64,000 nt of DNA. Source: Mobula hypostoma (Eukaryota). Every line of letters begins with the position of its first letter. The stretch's first letter is position 1. A program made the position numbers and the translations under genes. Below the pieces are notes generated by a model. It ran no database searches. It was given only the letters and a program-made list of their open reading frames with translations, and was not told the DNA's origin. Positions 1 to 13,253 of the stretch are shown in pieces. Location of the stretch: assembly GCF_963921235.1 (NCBI RefSeq), contig NC_086097.1, positions 212,786,001-212,850,000 of the forward strand, written 5' to 3'.

Positions 1-760
1 TATTTCCATCTTTAATATCTTTATTTTTCTTTTTCAGGGTTCTTTTGAAGACCCTGACCTGGAGTTACACGCTGACTTTAGTTTTTTGTGGGAATGGGAC
101 CCATTCTTGGAGTTTCAGGACTGGCCATTGTTCAACACACCAAAGGTTTGGCCTGAGAGTCCAGCTCGAACCCTAAGATCCCGGGGCTCTGGAGATGGGC
201 GGATCGCGGCTCGGTGTTACGTCAGGAGACCTGTGTGTTGTTGGGGGAGTCGGAAAACCTACTGCTTTGGGCTCGAAGACCCAGGATCTTTGCGATCTTC
301 AGGCACAGACCTCAAAAAAAGCGACATAATGGACTTTTAACATCGTAAATCAACGTGTTGTTTGTTATCTCCCTGCTCACTGGGAAAATGGAGACACCTC
401 TTCCTCCCTTATTGGGGGGAGAGAGAGAGAACCTGCAGTATATCGAATGCTGGTAAAACACGAAGTCTTTGGAGTAACTGCAAGTCTGTGTCTTTGCTAT
501 TGCTTTGCTCATGCCTGAGTGTCTCGGTGGTGGTGCCAATGCTTGGATTTTTTGCCGGTGGGGGGAGGGGGGAGTGTTGCTCGCTGCCGCTTACATGCAG
601 GAGGGAGGGGAGCTGGGGGGGGGACTTTGCGGTTCTTGCATTTAGATGCCATTCATTCTTTGGGGCACTTCCCTGATTTTGGAGATGCTTGTGAAGGAAA
701 AGCATTTCAGGATATATATTGTATACATTTCTCTGACGTTAAATTGAAACTTTGAAACTT
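1..760 (+). mobile_element. Non-coding interspersed repeat (probable non-autonomous retroelement), cut by window start
   Basis: GC-richer block with no credible ORF, ending in a short tandem tail (AAATTGAAACTTTGAAACTTT) that directly abuts CR1 RT sequence at ~761; family not identified. Confidence 0.45.
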
Positions 761-1208
761 TAATTAGGGTGAGCCAGCATGGCTTTGTACATGGCAGATT
801 ATACCTTACCAACTTGATTGAGTTTTTTTGACAAGGTGAGGAGAGAGATTGATAAAGTGGATGTTGTCTACTTGGAATTTAGTAAAGCATTTGACAAACT
901 CCTTCATGGGAGACTAATCCAGAAGATTAAGATGCATGGTGTCTGCAGCAAATTGGCTGTTTGGATTCAGAATTAGCTTGCGCATAGAAGACAGGGTAGT
1001 GGTTGAAGGGACTTATTCAAGCTGGGGGTTTGTAATTAGTGGAGATCTGCAGGGATCTGTGCTCGGACCTCTGCTGTTTGTAATGTATACAAATGACCTA
1101 TACGAAAATTTAGATGGGGGGGTTAATGAGTTTGCTGATGATACGAAGTTTGCTGGTGTTGTGGATAGTGTAGATGACTGGCAAAAAATATAGCAGGATA
1201 TAGAACAG

Positions 1209-2386
1209 GGGTGATGCAGGGGTCGGTGCTGGGCCCGCAGCTGTTTACCATTTACATTGATGATTTGAAAGAGGGGACTGAGTGTAGCGTAGCAAAATTT
1301 GCTGATGACACTAAACTGAGTGGAAAAGCAAATTGTACAGAGGATGTGGAGCGTCTGCAGAGGGATATAAATAGGTTAAGTGAGTGGGCCAAGGTCTGGC
1401 AGATGGAATACAATGTTGGTAAATGTGAGATCATCCACCTTGGAAGGAATAATAGAAGAACAGATTATTATTTAAATGGTGAAAGATTGCAGTATGCTGT
1501 TGTGCAGAGGTACTTGGGAGAGCTTTTCCATGAATCGCAAAAAGTTGGCTTGCCGGTACAACAGGTTATTAAGAAGGCAAAAGGAATGTTAGCTTTCATT
1601 GCTAGAGGGATTGAATTCTAGAGCAGGGAGGTCATGCTGCAACTATACAGGGTACTGGTGAGGCCGCACCTGGAGTACTATGTGCAGTTCTGGTCTCCAT
1701 ACTTGAGGAAGGATATACTGGCTTTGGAGGCAATGCAGAGGAGGTTCACCAGGTTGATTCCAAGGATGAAGGGGTTAACCTATGAGGAAAGATTGAGTCT
1801 CCTGGGACTATACTGGGTGCTAAAGGGATCAGGGGGGTATGGAGGGAAGGCTGGTACAGGGTTCTGAGTTGGATGATCAGCCATGATCATACTAAACGGT
1901 GGTGCAGGCTTGAAGGGCCGAATGACCTACTCCTGCACCTATTTTCTATGTTTCTATGTTTCTGTACTCTCTGGAGTTCAGAAGAATGAGAGGGGATCTT
2001 ATAGAAACATACAAAATTTTGAAAGGGATAGATAAGATAAAAGTAGAAAAGTTGTTTCCATTAGTAGGTGAGACTGGAACTAGGGGACATTGCCTCAAGA
2101 TTCAGGGAAGAAGATTTAGGACAGAGATGAGGAGAAACTGTTTTTCCCAGAGAGTGGTGAATCTGTGGAATTCTCTGCCCAGGGAAGCAGTTGAGGCTTC
2201 CTCACTAAATATATTTAAGAAACAGTTAGATAAATTTTTACATAATAAGGGAATTAAGGGTTATGGGGAAAAGGCAGGTAGATGGAGCTGAGTTTATGGA
2301 CAGATCAGCTATGATATTATTGAATGGCGGTGCAGGCTCGATGGGGCGGATGGCCTACTCCTGCTCCTATTTCTTATGTTCTTATT
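1209..2386 (+). mobile_element. 5'-truncated CR1 LINE inserted in CR1
   Basis: ORFs 1211-1621 (QGSVLGPQLF..FADDTKL), 1634-1867, 1956-2291; tail TTCTTATGTTCTTAT; TSD AACAG at 1204-1208 and 2387-2391. Confidence 0.92.
1815..1961 (+). mobile_element. CR1 3'-end fragment nested in the 1209-2386 CR1
   Basis: 3' UTR with (TTTCTATG)n tail; TSD CTATACT 1808-1814 / CTGTACT 1962-1968; host reading (LGLY|SLEFRR) resumes afterwards. Confidence 0.85.
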
Positions 2387-2689
2387 AACAGTGCAGATAT
2401 GGGTGAACTCATGGCAGATGGAGTTTAACCTGGCCAAATGTGTTGCATCTTGGTAGGTCAAGTGTATGGAGACAGTATACTGTTAAGGCCAAGACTATGG
2501 GATCTTGGAGTCCAAATTCATAGCTCCCTGAAGTAGTAACACGGGTTGATTGGGTGCTTAAAAAGGCATATGACATACTAGCCTTTACTAGTCGAGGCAT
2601 TGAGTTCAAATTTCAGGAAGTTGTATTGCGGCTTTATAAAACTCTAGTCAGGCTGCATCTGAAGTATGGCCTGTGCTTCTGGTCATTCC

Positions 2690-3170
2690 ATAATAAGACA
2701 AGACATAGGAGCAGAATTAGGCCATCCAGCCCATTGTGTTTGCTCCGCCATCCATCATGGCTAATTTATTATCCTTCTCAATCATGTTCTCTTGCCTTCT
2801 CACTGTAACTTTTGATGTCCTGACTAATCAAGAACCTATCAAACTCCATTTTTAACATACTCAATGACTTGGCCTCAAAGCTGACCATGGCAATGTATTC
2901 CACAGATTCACTACTATCTTGCTAAAGAAATTTCCGCTCATCTCTGTTCTAAATGGACATCCCTCTATTCTGAGGCTGTGCCCTCTGGTCCTAGATTCCC
3001 CCACTATAGGAAACATCTTCTCCACATCCACTCTATCCAAACCTTTCAATATTCAATGGGTTTCAACGAGATGCCCCCCACCCTGCCACCATCATTTGTC
3101 TAAACTCAAGTAAGTACAGACCCAGAGCCATCAAACACAGCTCTTATTTCATCCCTGAGCCTCCTCTGGA
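2690..3170 (-). mobile_element. CR1 3'-end fragment, antisense, nested in CR1
   Basis: Minus ORF 2861-3049 KGLDRVDVEKMFP..RTRGHSLRI..VVNLWNTLP; reverse 3' tail near 2690-2720. Confidence 0.88.
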
Positions 3171-3699
3171 TTATAGAAAGGGTGATGAAACTTTGGAGAA
3201 GGTGCAGAAAAGGTTTACCAGGATGTTGCCCGGATTAGAGGGCATGTGGTATCATGAGAGGTTGTTTTTCTCTGGAGCAGTGGAACATAAGGGTAAATCT
3301 GATAGAGGTGTATAAGATTATGAGAGACAAAGATAGAGTAGACAGCCAGTATCTTTTTCCTAGGATTGAAATGTCTAATTCCTGAGGGTGTGCATTTAAG
3401 GTGAGAGGGATAATTTTAAAGGAGATGTTAGAGGCAAGTTTTATTTTACACAGAGAGTGATGGGTGCTTGGAATGTGCTGCCTGGGTAATGGTAGAGGCA
3501 GGTACATTAGGGACTTTAATGAGACATCTAGGTAGGCACATAAAATGAGGGATATGAATATTGTGTAGGCATAAGGGATTAGTTTAGTTGGCCATTTAAT
3601 TACTACTGTAATTTATTTGGTTTATTTGTGGGCTGAAGGCCTGTTCCTGTGCTGTATACTATTCTATGTTTAACACTGATAGTGAATGGATGGGATGGC

Positions 3700-4290
3700 A
3701 GTGTTTACCACAGATGTCCTCATGCACAAAACAGTATCAGTATAGAGATAGAATAAGTAATTAAGGAACATTGCAAAGTCACAGGAAGGATTACAACAGT
3801 ACAGAATTCATGCTGCAATGACTGCCCCTTGGCCAGATCAGACCTGGAGTACACTGTATAGCTATAATGACCTAAGTAAAGGCTAAACATATTTGCTCTG
3901 GAGGAAATTTAGAAATTTGTTGAATTGATTGATAGCGTGATTGCTTAGGCTATAAGGAACATGGAAGATTTCAAGCTGACGAGGTAAATGCTTTTGAGGG
4001 AGTGTAGGACTAGAACGCATTGTCTCTGGATAAGAGGTTGTCCTCATAAGACTGAGATGAGGGATTTCTTCTCCAAAGGGACTAAGTATTTCTGCATCTC
4101 TTCTTCAGAGAGCTACCAATGCTGAGTCATTAACAGTATTCTTAAAGAAAGATGTTTTCAGACCTGAGCGATGTAAAGAGTTTCAGGGATCAAGCTGAAA
4201 GTAGAGTTGAACCTAAAATAAGATCAGCCATGATCTTATTGAATGGTGGAGCAATCTTAGACCCATATGGTCTTGACATACCCTTGCTAC
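3700..4290 (+). mobile_element. Old, highly decayed CR1 3' portion
   Basis: Remnants AGACCTGGAGTAC, ACTGAGATGAGG and 3' UTR AGATCAGCCATGATCTTATTGAATGGTGGAGCA. Confidence 0.65.
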
Positions 4291-4408
4291 TTGTGTTCTT
4301 TTCATTACTATTGTGAAAATAAGGAGATAAGCAGCAAGAGTATGACAAGAGCACATGCATCTTTAAGAGGGGGACATCACAGCCACAATAAGGGGAGTCG
4401 ACTATTGA

Positions 4409-5006
4409 CTGAGGCCCCCAATTGGTCAGGATCCACCATGGATATTGCGTCTCAGCTGTCTACATGATATGCAAGTCAGGGCAGTATGATATATAGAACA
4501 AGCTGTTGCCCGTGAAGGAAGCTCCCCCACTCCACGCAGCGGATCGAATCTAAAGGAACAGCAGAGACTAATGCAGTTTGGTACCAGTGGTGTTGCAGGA
4601 GCTGCCAGTCAGCATTGAACTCATCGTAGGACTGCCTTAGGGACTCAGCTCTGGATTTTTCCCTCGAGGTTTTGCTCCCAAAGCCTTCCCCATGGGTGTG
4701 AGTAGCTGCATAGCAGCGGAGGTTTGAGATCAGAGTTGTCCTTCTCCTAGATGAGCTGCCAACCACGGCTGATTAGCATCATCTGCCCGAAGCAACTGGT
4801 ATTAAGGTGCCAGTAACCCGCCTTTGCCCCTTCTCCTGTCAGTGGTAATGGTTCCGCCAGGCTTAGTAATTAAGCCACACATGAAGGCCAAGATTTGTAC
4901 TTGGCTATCAGAGGTTATTTGAGGCGCACGCCATTGAGAGATTTTTAATAGTTAGTAGGAGTTTTTCCCCACTATCTCCCTCAGCTATGACAACCTTAAG
5001 GACCCA
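4409..5006 (-). mobile_element. Non-coding non-autonomous retroelement (RTE/Vingi-like) inserted in a CR1 endonuclease relic
   Basis: ~600-bp block flanked by TSD ACTATTGA 4401-4408 / ACTACTGA 5007-5014; short TCAG-like tail at low-coordinate end; HDV-like fold at its 5' end; family assignment is inference. Confidence 0.6.
4834..5005 (-). ncRNA. Putative HDV/CPEB3-like self-cleaving ribozyme (decayed copy)
   Basis: Minus-strand order P1 GGGTCC ... P2 TCTTG - P3 GCC - L3 TTCATGTGT(+hairpin) - GGC - P1' GGAACC - ATTACCACTGA - P2' CAGGA. Confidence 0.5.
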
Positions 5007-8000
5007 ACTACTGATTAGGGAGAACATAAATCCTGGCAGAATCAGCCAATAAAGCCATGCATGTAACATTTAGGAATAAAAGAAAGGCAATCAATTTGTT
5101 GGGTTATCAGGCACCCCAACAGTCAAAGGGAATTAGAGAAAAGGATACATAAGCAAGTCAGTAAAAGGGATAAGACTAATAGAATTACAGTAGTGGGGCG
5201 GGATTATAACTTTCCCAAAATTGACTTTTTTTTACCCCAATACAAGAGCTTAGCTGGGACAGAATTTATTAAGTACATCAAAGGAAATTATTTTTTGTGA
5301 TAATATGTATGTAGTCCTCCTAGTAAAGAGGTGGTACTCGGTCTTAGGAAATACAATCTAGCAGGCAGTGGGAGTATTCTCATTCCACAGATGCTGGTTG
5401 GTTACTTGGCTTCAGCCAGCCTTTCTGTTTTTGTTTCAGATTCCAACAGCTAGGGTTTTGTTCATATTTCAAGAATGTAATTCATTGGATATTCTGGTCA
5501 ACCCAATCAAGCAGTGATTTTAAAATTATACTTCTCATTAAGCATATGCAGCATGATTGCTGAATACACTGAGAAAAATATTGCCACCAGAAAGCATTTG
5601 GGGACATAAATAGCAAACATAAACCTGCTCTTTTAATCAAAGGATAAAAATGGGACAAATGTCAAGGGTTTGGCTGAAAACACCAGCAATATTTAGCAAT
5701 TTGAGTCAGTTGATAAGACTGCCTCAAGGCTTCAGCCTATTATGACTGATGTAACTTTTCACTCAAAGTCTGAATATACTAAGAAATACTTTAATCCATT
5801 AACATATTTTCTCAATGTGAATTCCAATGCTCATTAAATCATTCTATCAATTTATTAATTAAGTTCGGTACTAAGTAGAAAAATAAGCTTCATTGTCGTT
5901 ACTCATGGAAATCTTGACAATGGACTTGCTTTTACATTACTTCTGCAGCTAAGTATTCTAGAATATCTTCAAAATTATCTTTTCAGTCTGAAAATGTTCT
6001 ACCTCAGAATATTTTATATTATGCATTCATATTTACAATTATTTTTGGCACATTATTTTAAAACTATGTATTTGAAAGAGAATGTGATTTCTTCTAACTT
6101 CTAAATGACCTGAGAATGTGCCTAAGAAAATTAAAGTTGAACTCAGAAAAGAAATACAATGAAACCTCATTGAGTTTTAAGAATCATCTTAATTTATTTG
6201 GAGATACACTGAAACAATCCTATCAAAAAAAGCTTCTAATTAGGAAAATAATATAATATAATTATTACTAATTATACTAAAACACCACTTGTTATTTTGG
6301 CAACTTGAACTTTACATACCATATCATAGAAACGAATAATGTATAGGGAAGGTAGCTGGTAGTCATTAATAGGTTACTATCTTGGGAGCTGAATCATTAT
6401 TCCCTAGACACAAATTTGATTTCCACTTAGGCAACAGGAAATTCCAATTTCAATCAATTAAGTGAACCTGGAATTTAAACTGAAAGTAAAGTGTGGTTTT
6501 AGATTTGTTTGGAATTTACTGTCTTAAAACTTACTCAAGCAAGGCTGAAACCCAATTGGCCATCACCCCAAGCTGGAGAAAGATTCAATCAATTTAGTCA
6601 TGAGCCATTGGCAGCTTCAAAGGCACATCAATCCCAGTCTCTTTGAAAGTAGTTACCCTGGCTTTCTAGTGTATGCAACCTTTCTCTCTTTGGTTTCAAA
6701 GGAAGAAGTTTTGTCTCTTAATAACATTATAGACTCCCACTTACTTCACATTGAAAATTTACGTCCTTTCAGAGAAGTGTGTTGAACCTTGCCCAGCTTG
6801 CCCTATCAGATGGGTATGTGTAAAATCCATTTACGCCCCTGATCAGAATATTGCAAGGACAAGAGAAGTGAGACTGGACCCTGCCCCAAATTATTCGCTA
6901 CCCCTTCCCTTGTGGAATGTATGCTTTTCATTCTATCCTATGCTAAGTATCTTGGTGCTTTAAACTCCTTAGTAACAAGTTTATATTTATCAGTAAGTGT
7001 AGATGACTGGTAAGCTCAATAGTTGTATCCATTAGTGGTTAGAAATAAAAATCAATAGGACTACATTAAACATTCATATGCCAATATAAACTCTATGCAT
7101 TTAAAAATCCGCTATTTCCATTTGTGCTGATTTTATTGCTATTCTGAGTATACCTCGAGTCTAGCATATTTGATAATCAGATATGCCAAGAAACTATATA
7201 TCGGCAAGATTTGACAACTTAACACCATAGTAATTGCAAATGAGCAAAGAGACAGTTGGGTAAAATTCACACAAACTATTTTCTGCATTTCACAGAGCAT
7301 GACTTTTCAAAAATATAGCAATTTCACATTGTTATTTATCAGGAAAGACAGGAAAGCAGCATAAAATGGGTTCAATTGAAAAAAAATGATTTAAACTATT
7401 GATGTGCCATGTCATTCCTTTATTATTCTAAAGCAGAGAAAAAATCCATATATAGAAATGATGAGATGGAACGCTGAATGAGAAGTGTAATATTGGTTTG
7501 TGTTATTTTACATAATTGTATAGATTTTTGTGCAGTAAATATAGGCTGTTACTACCACAGGTCTATCTGAACCAACTAATACCAAGCATTTACTCATGGT
7601 AAACATTGAGTGGTAGCCTGTAGACATCTGTTCAGTATTTTAACTCAGGAATTAACCCATTTATATCTTCATTAAAATATCAGAGATGTATATTACACAA
7701 TTACATTAAATTTTCATTTACTGATATTGACAGCAGCAATTTCTCGGCTGTGTCCCTTAAATTCATTCTCCGGCAGTAAACTGTTGCCCTATTTGACCCA
7801 TGGATAAAATATAGTCTGAAATAAACAGATTAATTTCTCACATGATCAAATTCTGACTCAACCTTTATCTTATCTCTGTGGAATTCCCATTCTAGTAATT
7901 ATGTAGCTTAACCTAGGAATCAGACATTGGAATTCTGCAAGGGTAGTTTGGAGGGTAAAAAACACAGTGTAGTAAAAGCAAATCTCCTATAAACATATAA

Positions 8001-8919
8001 ATCAACTAGCTAATTTATTCTTTCAATAGGTTTTGTGCAGTGATTCATTACAGATGGCCCAGGCAGATAATTGTACCCAATATCTGTTTGTGTTTGACCA
8101 TGTGTATAAGGACAAAAGGTGGCTTTTCCCAGTACAAAATAAAATATAATATTGGAACAGTGTAAATCAGTGATGCAGACTACAACAATGCTCCTTATGA
8201 AAATGCACTAATTATTTAATGGAAACCACAGATCAATGAAGTAGATCTATAAAGTACTATTTGACATCTGTGCTACTGCTATGCAATTTGTGATGTTCCA
8301 TACATTATGAAACACTGGAGCAAAAATATTACTTGATGAGTGTGAAAAGAGCGCATCAAATCCAGATTTTATGGTCTACAGAGGATGTCTGAGTAGCAAT
8401 TTATCTGAAATAGTGTTGAACCACTTTTCAGGTATCAGATACAGATGTGAAACTGGTTTGAAGCTTCTTGAAGAAATGTTCTGATGTAAGCAGAGCCGAA
8501 GCCTTGTTTAGGATTCGTCAGTAACTGGTAGGAAAATGTGAGTCCTATGATACAAGGAACGGTATTCTTGCCAATACTAGAAGCCTCCTCAAGGCCTATG
8601 CTGTCCTATAGTCATCCTTTCCACCCATTCTATTCCACAGTAACATCTCTCTACATGATCAGACATTGCCACTCAAGCTGCTAGTCCATTACAGGATTAC
8701 CATGAAAATTGACTGAAGTAGATTTCCTCAATCCAACAATTTTTCTTTTCACCAGAGTCTCAGGGCTTCATTTAGTAACACACTCTTTACTCCATAAAGC
8801 TTTATTGAAAGCACCAATTCAATTTCAGTCACCTATTCCAGCCAAATTTGACCGAGGACAGCTTTAAATCACCGTTGGCAATTAACAGCCCAGTCACCTG
8901 ACAGTTGTATGCTCCCATT

Positions 8920-9470
8920 CCATGGCAACATAGAAAATAGGAATAGGTGGTGAACTTGCTCTGCCATTTAATGCATGCCTGGCTGATCCTCTGTTTCAAC
9001 GTTATATTCCCAGTCTCCCTATATCCCTTGATAAATGTTGCATCTAAAAATTTACCATCTTCTAAAACATTCTCAGCAGTTTGTCCTTCTATTGTTATGG
9101 AATTCCACACATTCACCGCATTTTGAGTGAAGAAATTTCTCCTCATCTTGGTCTAAATGTCTTACCCCATATTCTGAGAGTAAACCCTCCATTTTGAATC
9201 CCTCATCTGAAGTAACATCCTATCCACATTCAGCCTGTACAGATTTGTTTGATTTTGTATGCCTTAATGAAATCACCTCTTCTTTTAAATTCTTATAAAT
9301 GCAGGTATGATTGAACTAATCTCTTTTCGTATAATATTCATGCTACCCAGGAATCAGTCTGGTGAAATTTGCTTCCATCCTTCTGGAAAAAGAATGTGCT
9401 TTCATACCTAAGCAAACCAAAATTGTGCACAATATTCCAAGTGTGCTCTCACTAAACTATACATGATTGT
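8920..9470 (-). mobile_element. Old CR1 3' portion
   Basis: Minus ORF 8829-9146 begins MRRNFFTQNAVNVWNS; HLEYCAQF-like sequence near 9420-9445. Confidence 0.8.
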
Positions 9471-10199
9471 AGTAAGATAATATTATACTGTGAGGTTACA
9501 AAATGAACTAAATGCACTCTATAGTGCGAGGTCTACGAGATAATCCACATACTTTAGCCAGTCCCACATTTCTGCACACAACAGTATCACTATTAATTTC
9601 TACGAATAGATTAAAGTTAACTTCCACATAACATCCTTATCAAAATCCAACAGACTTTATATCCCAAAAGAAGTAATATAAAATTAATCTTACATTTGTA
9701 GATAGCATATTAAATGATTTTTAGTGATTCTGAAGTTTCTTGTGTAAATCAAGAGCATGGTGCTAAATTTGACGAGCAGCCACTTCAATATATTTTATAT
9801 TGCACTCTTGACATTCGGCTTGGCTCGATCAGCTGAGTTCTTGAAGAAAAGTACAAGAAAGAACCAATTATCATCAGGATTATGTTTACCTTTGATAATA
9901 AGACTATTTAATCACATTTAACAGATGGTTTCTTTATTTTACACAAATACAAATGAGCACAATGGCTTCTCATTATACTGCTTGTTCATTTTGTGATATA
10001 CTTACTGATCAGCATTCCCTAACACCAACAACACAGAAAGGTCAAAACATACATATGCAGGCAATTTGATTTAGTCTGGTCTGGGGATTGATTTGTTTCA
10101 CTTCTCATTCCAACGTATGATCTATTCTTGTTCCTTACTGAAGAATGTCTCTGTCATCTTCTGCATGTAACTGCAGCAACAATATTATCTGACACTGGA

Positions 10200-12400
10200 G
10201 AATGTTAAGCTGTCAGTCAAAATGTTCATCACTGATCACTTGAATGATGGTTACAATTTTAGTAAGCTGATAGGGAATGACCTGTGATTCTGTTTTTCCA
10301 CTAAATTTTTTTAGACTGATCTCTTCCTCTATCCCATTTTTTTAAGGAATATTCTCCCCATATTTTGGTTTATGCTTGAGTATATTCTCAGGGTAATAAC
10401 CATTGGTAAACCTATATTTGTACTTCCCTGCACTGTGGAAAATACTTTTCCTTAACAATTTTACATGTTGGGTTTCTTTGAGAACAGTGTGTTTCATCCT
10501 GTATGGATACTGTGATATGGAACAGCCGGTCTCCCATGCAAGTCCTGTGTGTTTTTAGTCAATTAATTCCATTTCTTGGGCACTTACTACATTCTCAAAG
10601 GCCAGATTCACCCCTTAACCCTTGCTCTTACAATCATACTCAAGTACCCATTCATATTTGAGTCTAAAAGACAAGTTGCTTAATTTATATCTGAACAGAG
10701 TCCAATCTAGTTCACATGTGAGTCTCTATTTTCTGGCTCAGGTTTCTCTTGAATTTCAAAAGTATCTCAGTGGGAAATGAGAAATGTGCAAGCAACCCAT
10801 TCCTCCAATTTCTCACAATTCACACTTTGCCAGAATGTCACAATCACTCCATGAATTTTAAAGGTTCTCTTTATAAGCAAACAGCATTAAGGAAAAGCTA
10901 TATGTTCCCAGATTCCCAGTGTCTAGAATATAGGGCTGACCCACCCATGATGGTTATGGTTATACCTGAGTTAAACTGACAAATGCCCAGTTATGCTCCT
11001 GTCAGACCCCAGTGATGGCTCATGGGATGGAATATCCCAGCCAAGTGCAGAGCTGCTCTTGAGCTGTTTTCTCTTATGAAGCTGGTTTTATATGGGGCCC
11101 AAAAGATTACTATGCATAGAGGCTAAAACTCATTATTGTTAAGTTGCAGTCTTGTTTCCAGCTGCTCTGGTGGGAACTGTGCGAGGAAGCACACGGTTGT
11201 ACATTCTTCCATAAGCTGTAATCTTTGGTACTGGAAACAGGGGACTGTGATATACGTAAATGGTGAAGTAAGATCCATAAATTTACTCATGGAAACACCA
11301 TGCTCTAAACATGAAGACTAAGCTTTTGGTACCCAGTGTCGTACTCAAATCTCACATCTCTGACATTCGTGACGACAATCAGCGGTTTTACTTCTGCAAT
11401 GCCAGCCTCACTTTTCCTTTAAGTATCATGAATACTCCCTCGGTCTTCTCTTCCTTTCTGTGGTAAGAACACTGGAAACTTCAGAAATTTTGAACACCAT
11501 CCTTTGATTTCTTACTTTCGTTTTAATAGCTCAACTTCAGTAAATTTTTACTTCTATTCTAGCAGCATAAGTAACACCTTTTCTGCCTGAACCAATATTC
11601 GTACTTCCCTGCACTGTGGAAACTACTTTCCCTTAACAATTTAAAATGTTGGGTTTCTTTCAGAACCATGTGTTTCATCCTGCATGCATACTGTGATATG
11701 GAACAGCTGGTCTCCCATGCAAGTTCTGTGTGTTATTAGTCACCAATTCCATTTCTTGGGCAACGTTTAATACATTCTCAAAGGCCAGATTCACCTCTGA
11801 TAACAACTTCCTCTGAATCTGTTATTATTTCTTCCACACACTAACCTTTCCCTTAGCACCTCAGAGAATGCTGTCATTATTACAGTTGGATGATATCTCC
11901 CTGAAATCAGCTACACACTCAGTCACTGTCTAGTTATGTTTTTGTAATTGTGAATCACATTAAATATTTGCATGGTCTTCCTTGGATTTGGGTCAAAGAG
12001 ACTCTTCAACAATCCACCGTTTTTTTTATTATCTGATTTTGCTGGGCTCAGCACATCTCTCATTAAAATATATGTAGGAGTATTTGTCACATTAAATTGG
12101 GATAGACCTCCAGAACTCAATTTACATCATTGTTATTCTTTGCAGCAAAGAAATCCAGCAATGTCTGACAATATTCCATAAATTTCTGGATCTGAAAGTC
12201 GAGATACTACAATTGAACCTATTCTTGTGGCCAATTTCTTACTTTTTTAAAGCTGCTTACTCACTCTTTCCTGTCCTTTTTGGAAAAAGAGCTTCTCTTC
12301 GGTCCTACCTGACTTCAAGAACAATTTTCCATGTTGCTAAAATTTTAATGTAAAAGTGGATGCTAAGTTTTATCTTTTAATGTTCGCTTACGGTCTTCAA
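10200..12400 (-). mobile_element. Ancient Ty3/Gypsy gag-protease relic with internal duplication
   Basis: Minus-strand peptides TYILMRDVLSPAKSD..LLKSLFDPNP (ORF 11923-12120), EVLRERLVCG, IQRKLLSEVNLAFENVLNVAQEME (~11870-11745), aspartic-protease-like FEYDTG (11332-11349); many stops; outer limits uncertain. Confidence 0.7.
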
Positions 12401-12959
12401 GCTCTGAGATGTGCATATCTGCAGAGACATTCCTTACAGATTTCAACCAAAATGGTATCCTTTCAAAAACAATGATGCAGGATTAGCCCATTTAAGTAAT
12501 GTGACATCTGCTGGCTTGGAGGAGAACAGCCAACAACTATACACATTCAGTGTTCAATATGTACCATTACATATGTTATTATTTATATATACTACAGTTC
12601 ACATAGACTACCACCATGTACTTCCCCTGAGAAAGATATTGAACAGAAATCTGATTCTGATTCTGGTAATCTAAACCGAGCTCTCTATTAAACAAAATAA
12701 CTTACAGAGAGACAGGAAGCATTTTTTTGTAGTATGGTTATCACTGTACAGGCAAAATGGCTCGGCCAAGTCTTAACCCTGAAACATTTGCATCAAGTTT
12801 CAGGGAGAAATTTGCAAAGCAGTACACACCTAATATTAGGTCAGCTTAACAGCACTTCCCTAATTGATATCAACTAAAAGTTAGAAATCTCAGGGTTTCT
12901 GTTACTCTAATCGCTATTCAGTCTGTTTCAAAATCAAAGTCATGTCAGTCAATAAATTT

Positions 12960-13253
12960 ATTTATTCTGTGTATTTTGGGATACAGTGCAGAGTAGCTGC
13001 TTCTAGCCATGCTGCTCCATCAACCCCATAAATTCAATTAACTCTAGTCTAATCACGGGACAATTTACAATGACCAATTAACCTACTCGGTCCATCTTTG
13101 GACTGTGGGAGGAAACGAGAGCACCCGGGGAAAACCCACACATTCCACGAGGAAGACGTACAGAGACTCCCTACAGAATGGTGCCGGAATTGAACTCCGA
13201 ACTCCGTAATGCCCCAAGCTGTAGTATCGTCGTGCTGACCGCTACGCTACCGT
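12960..13253 (-). mobile_element. tRNA-derived V-domain SINE
   Basis: Minus strand: A box TAGCGTAGCGG, B box GTTCAATTCC, V-domain-like GGGTGCTCTCGTTTCCTCCCACAGTCCAAAGA. Confidence 0.85.

Larger units (their letters stand above)
761..3670 (+). mobile_element. CR1 LINE (RT to 3' UTR), degraded; host to three nested insertions
   Basis: [36 protein letters not shown] motifs (ORF 936-1193); resumes at 2387 and 3171; ends in CTGTGCTGTATACTATTCTATG tail. Confidence 0.9.

Noticed and set aside
8431..8538. Plus-strand exon-like segment (TTTTCAG ... GTGAGT)
   Set aside because: Short pyrimidine tract, stops in all frames, no linked exons
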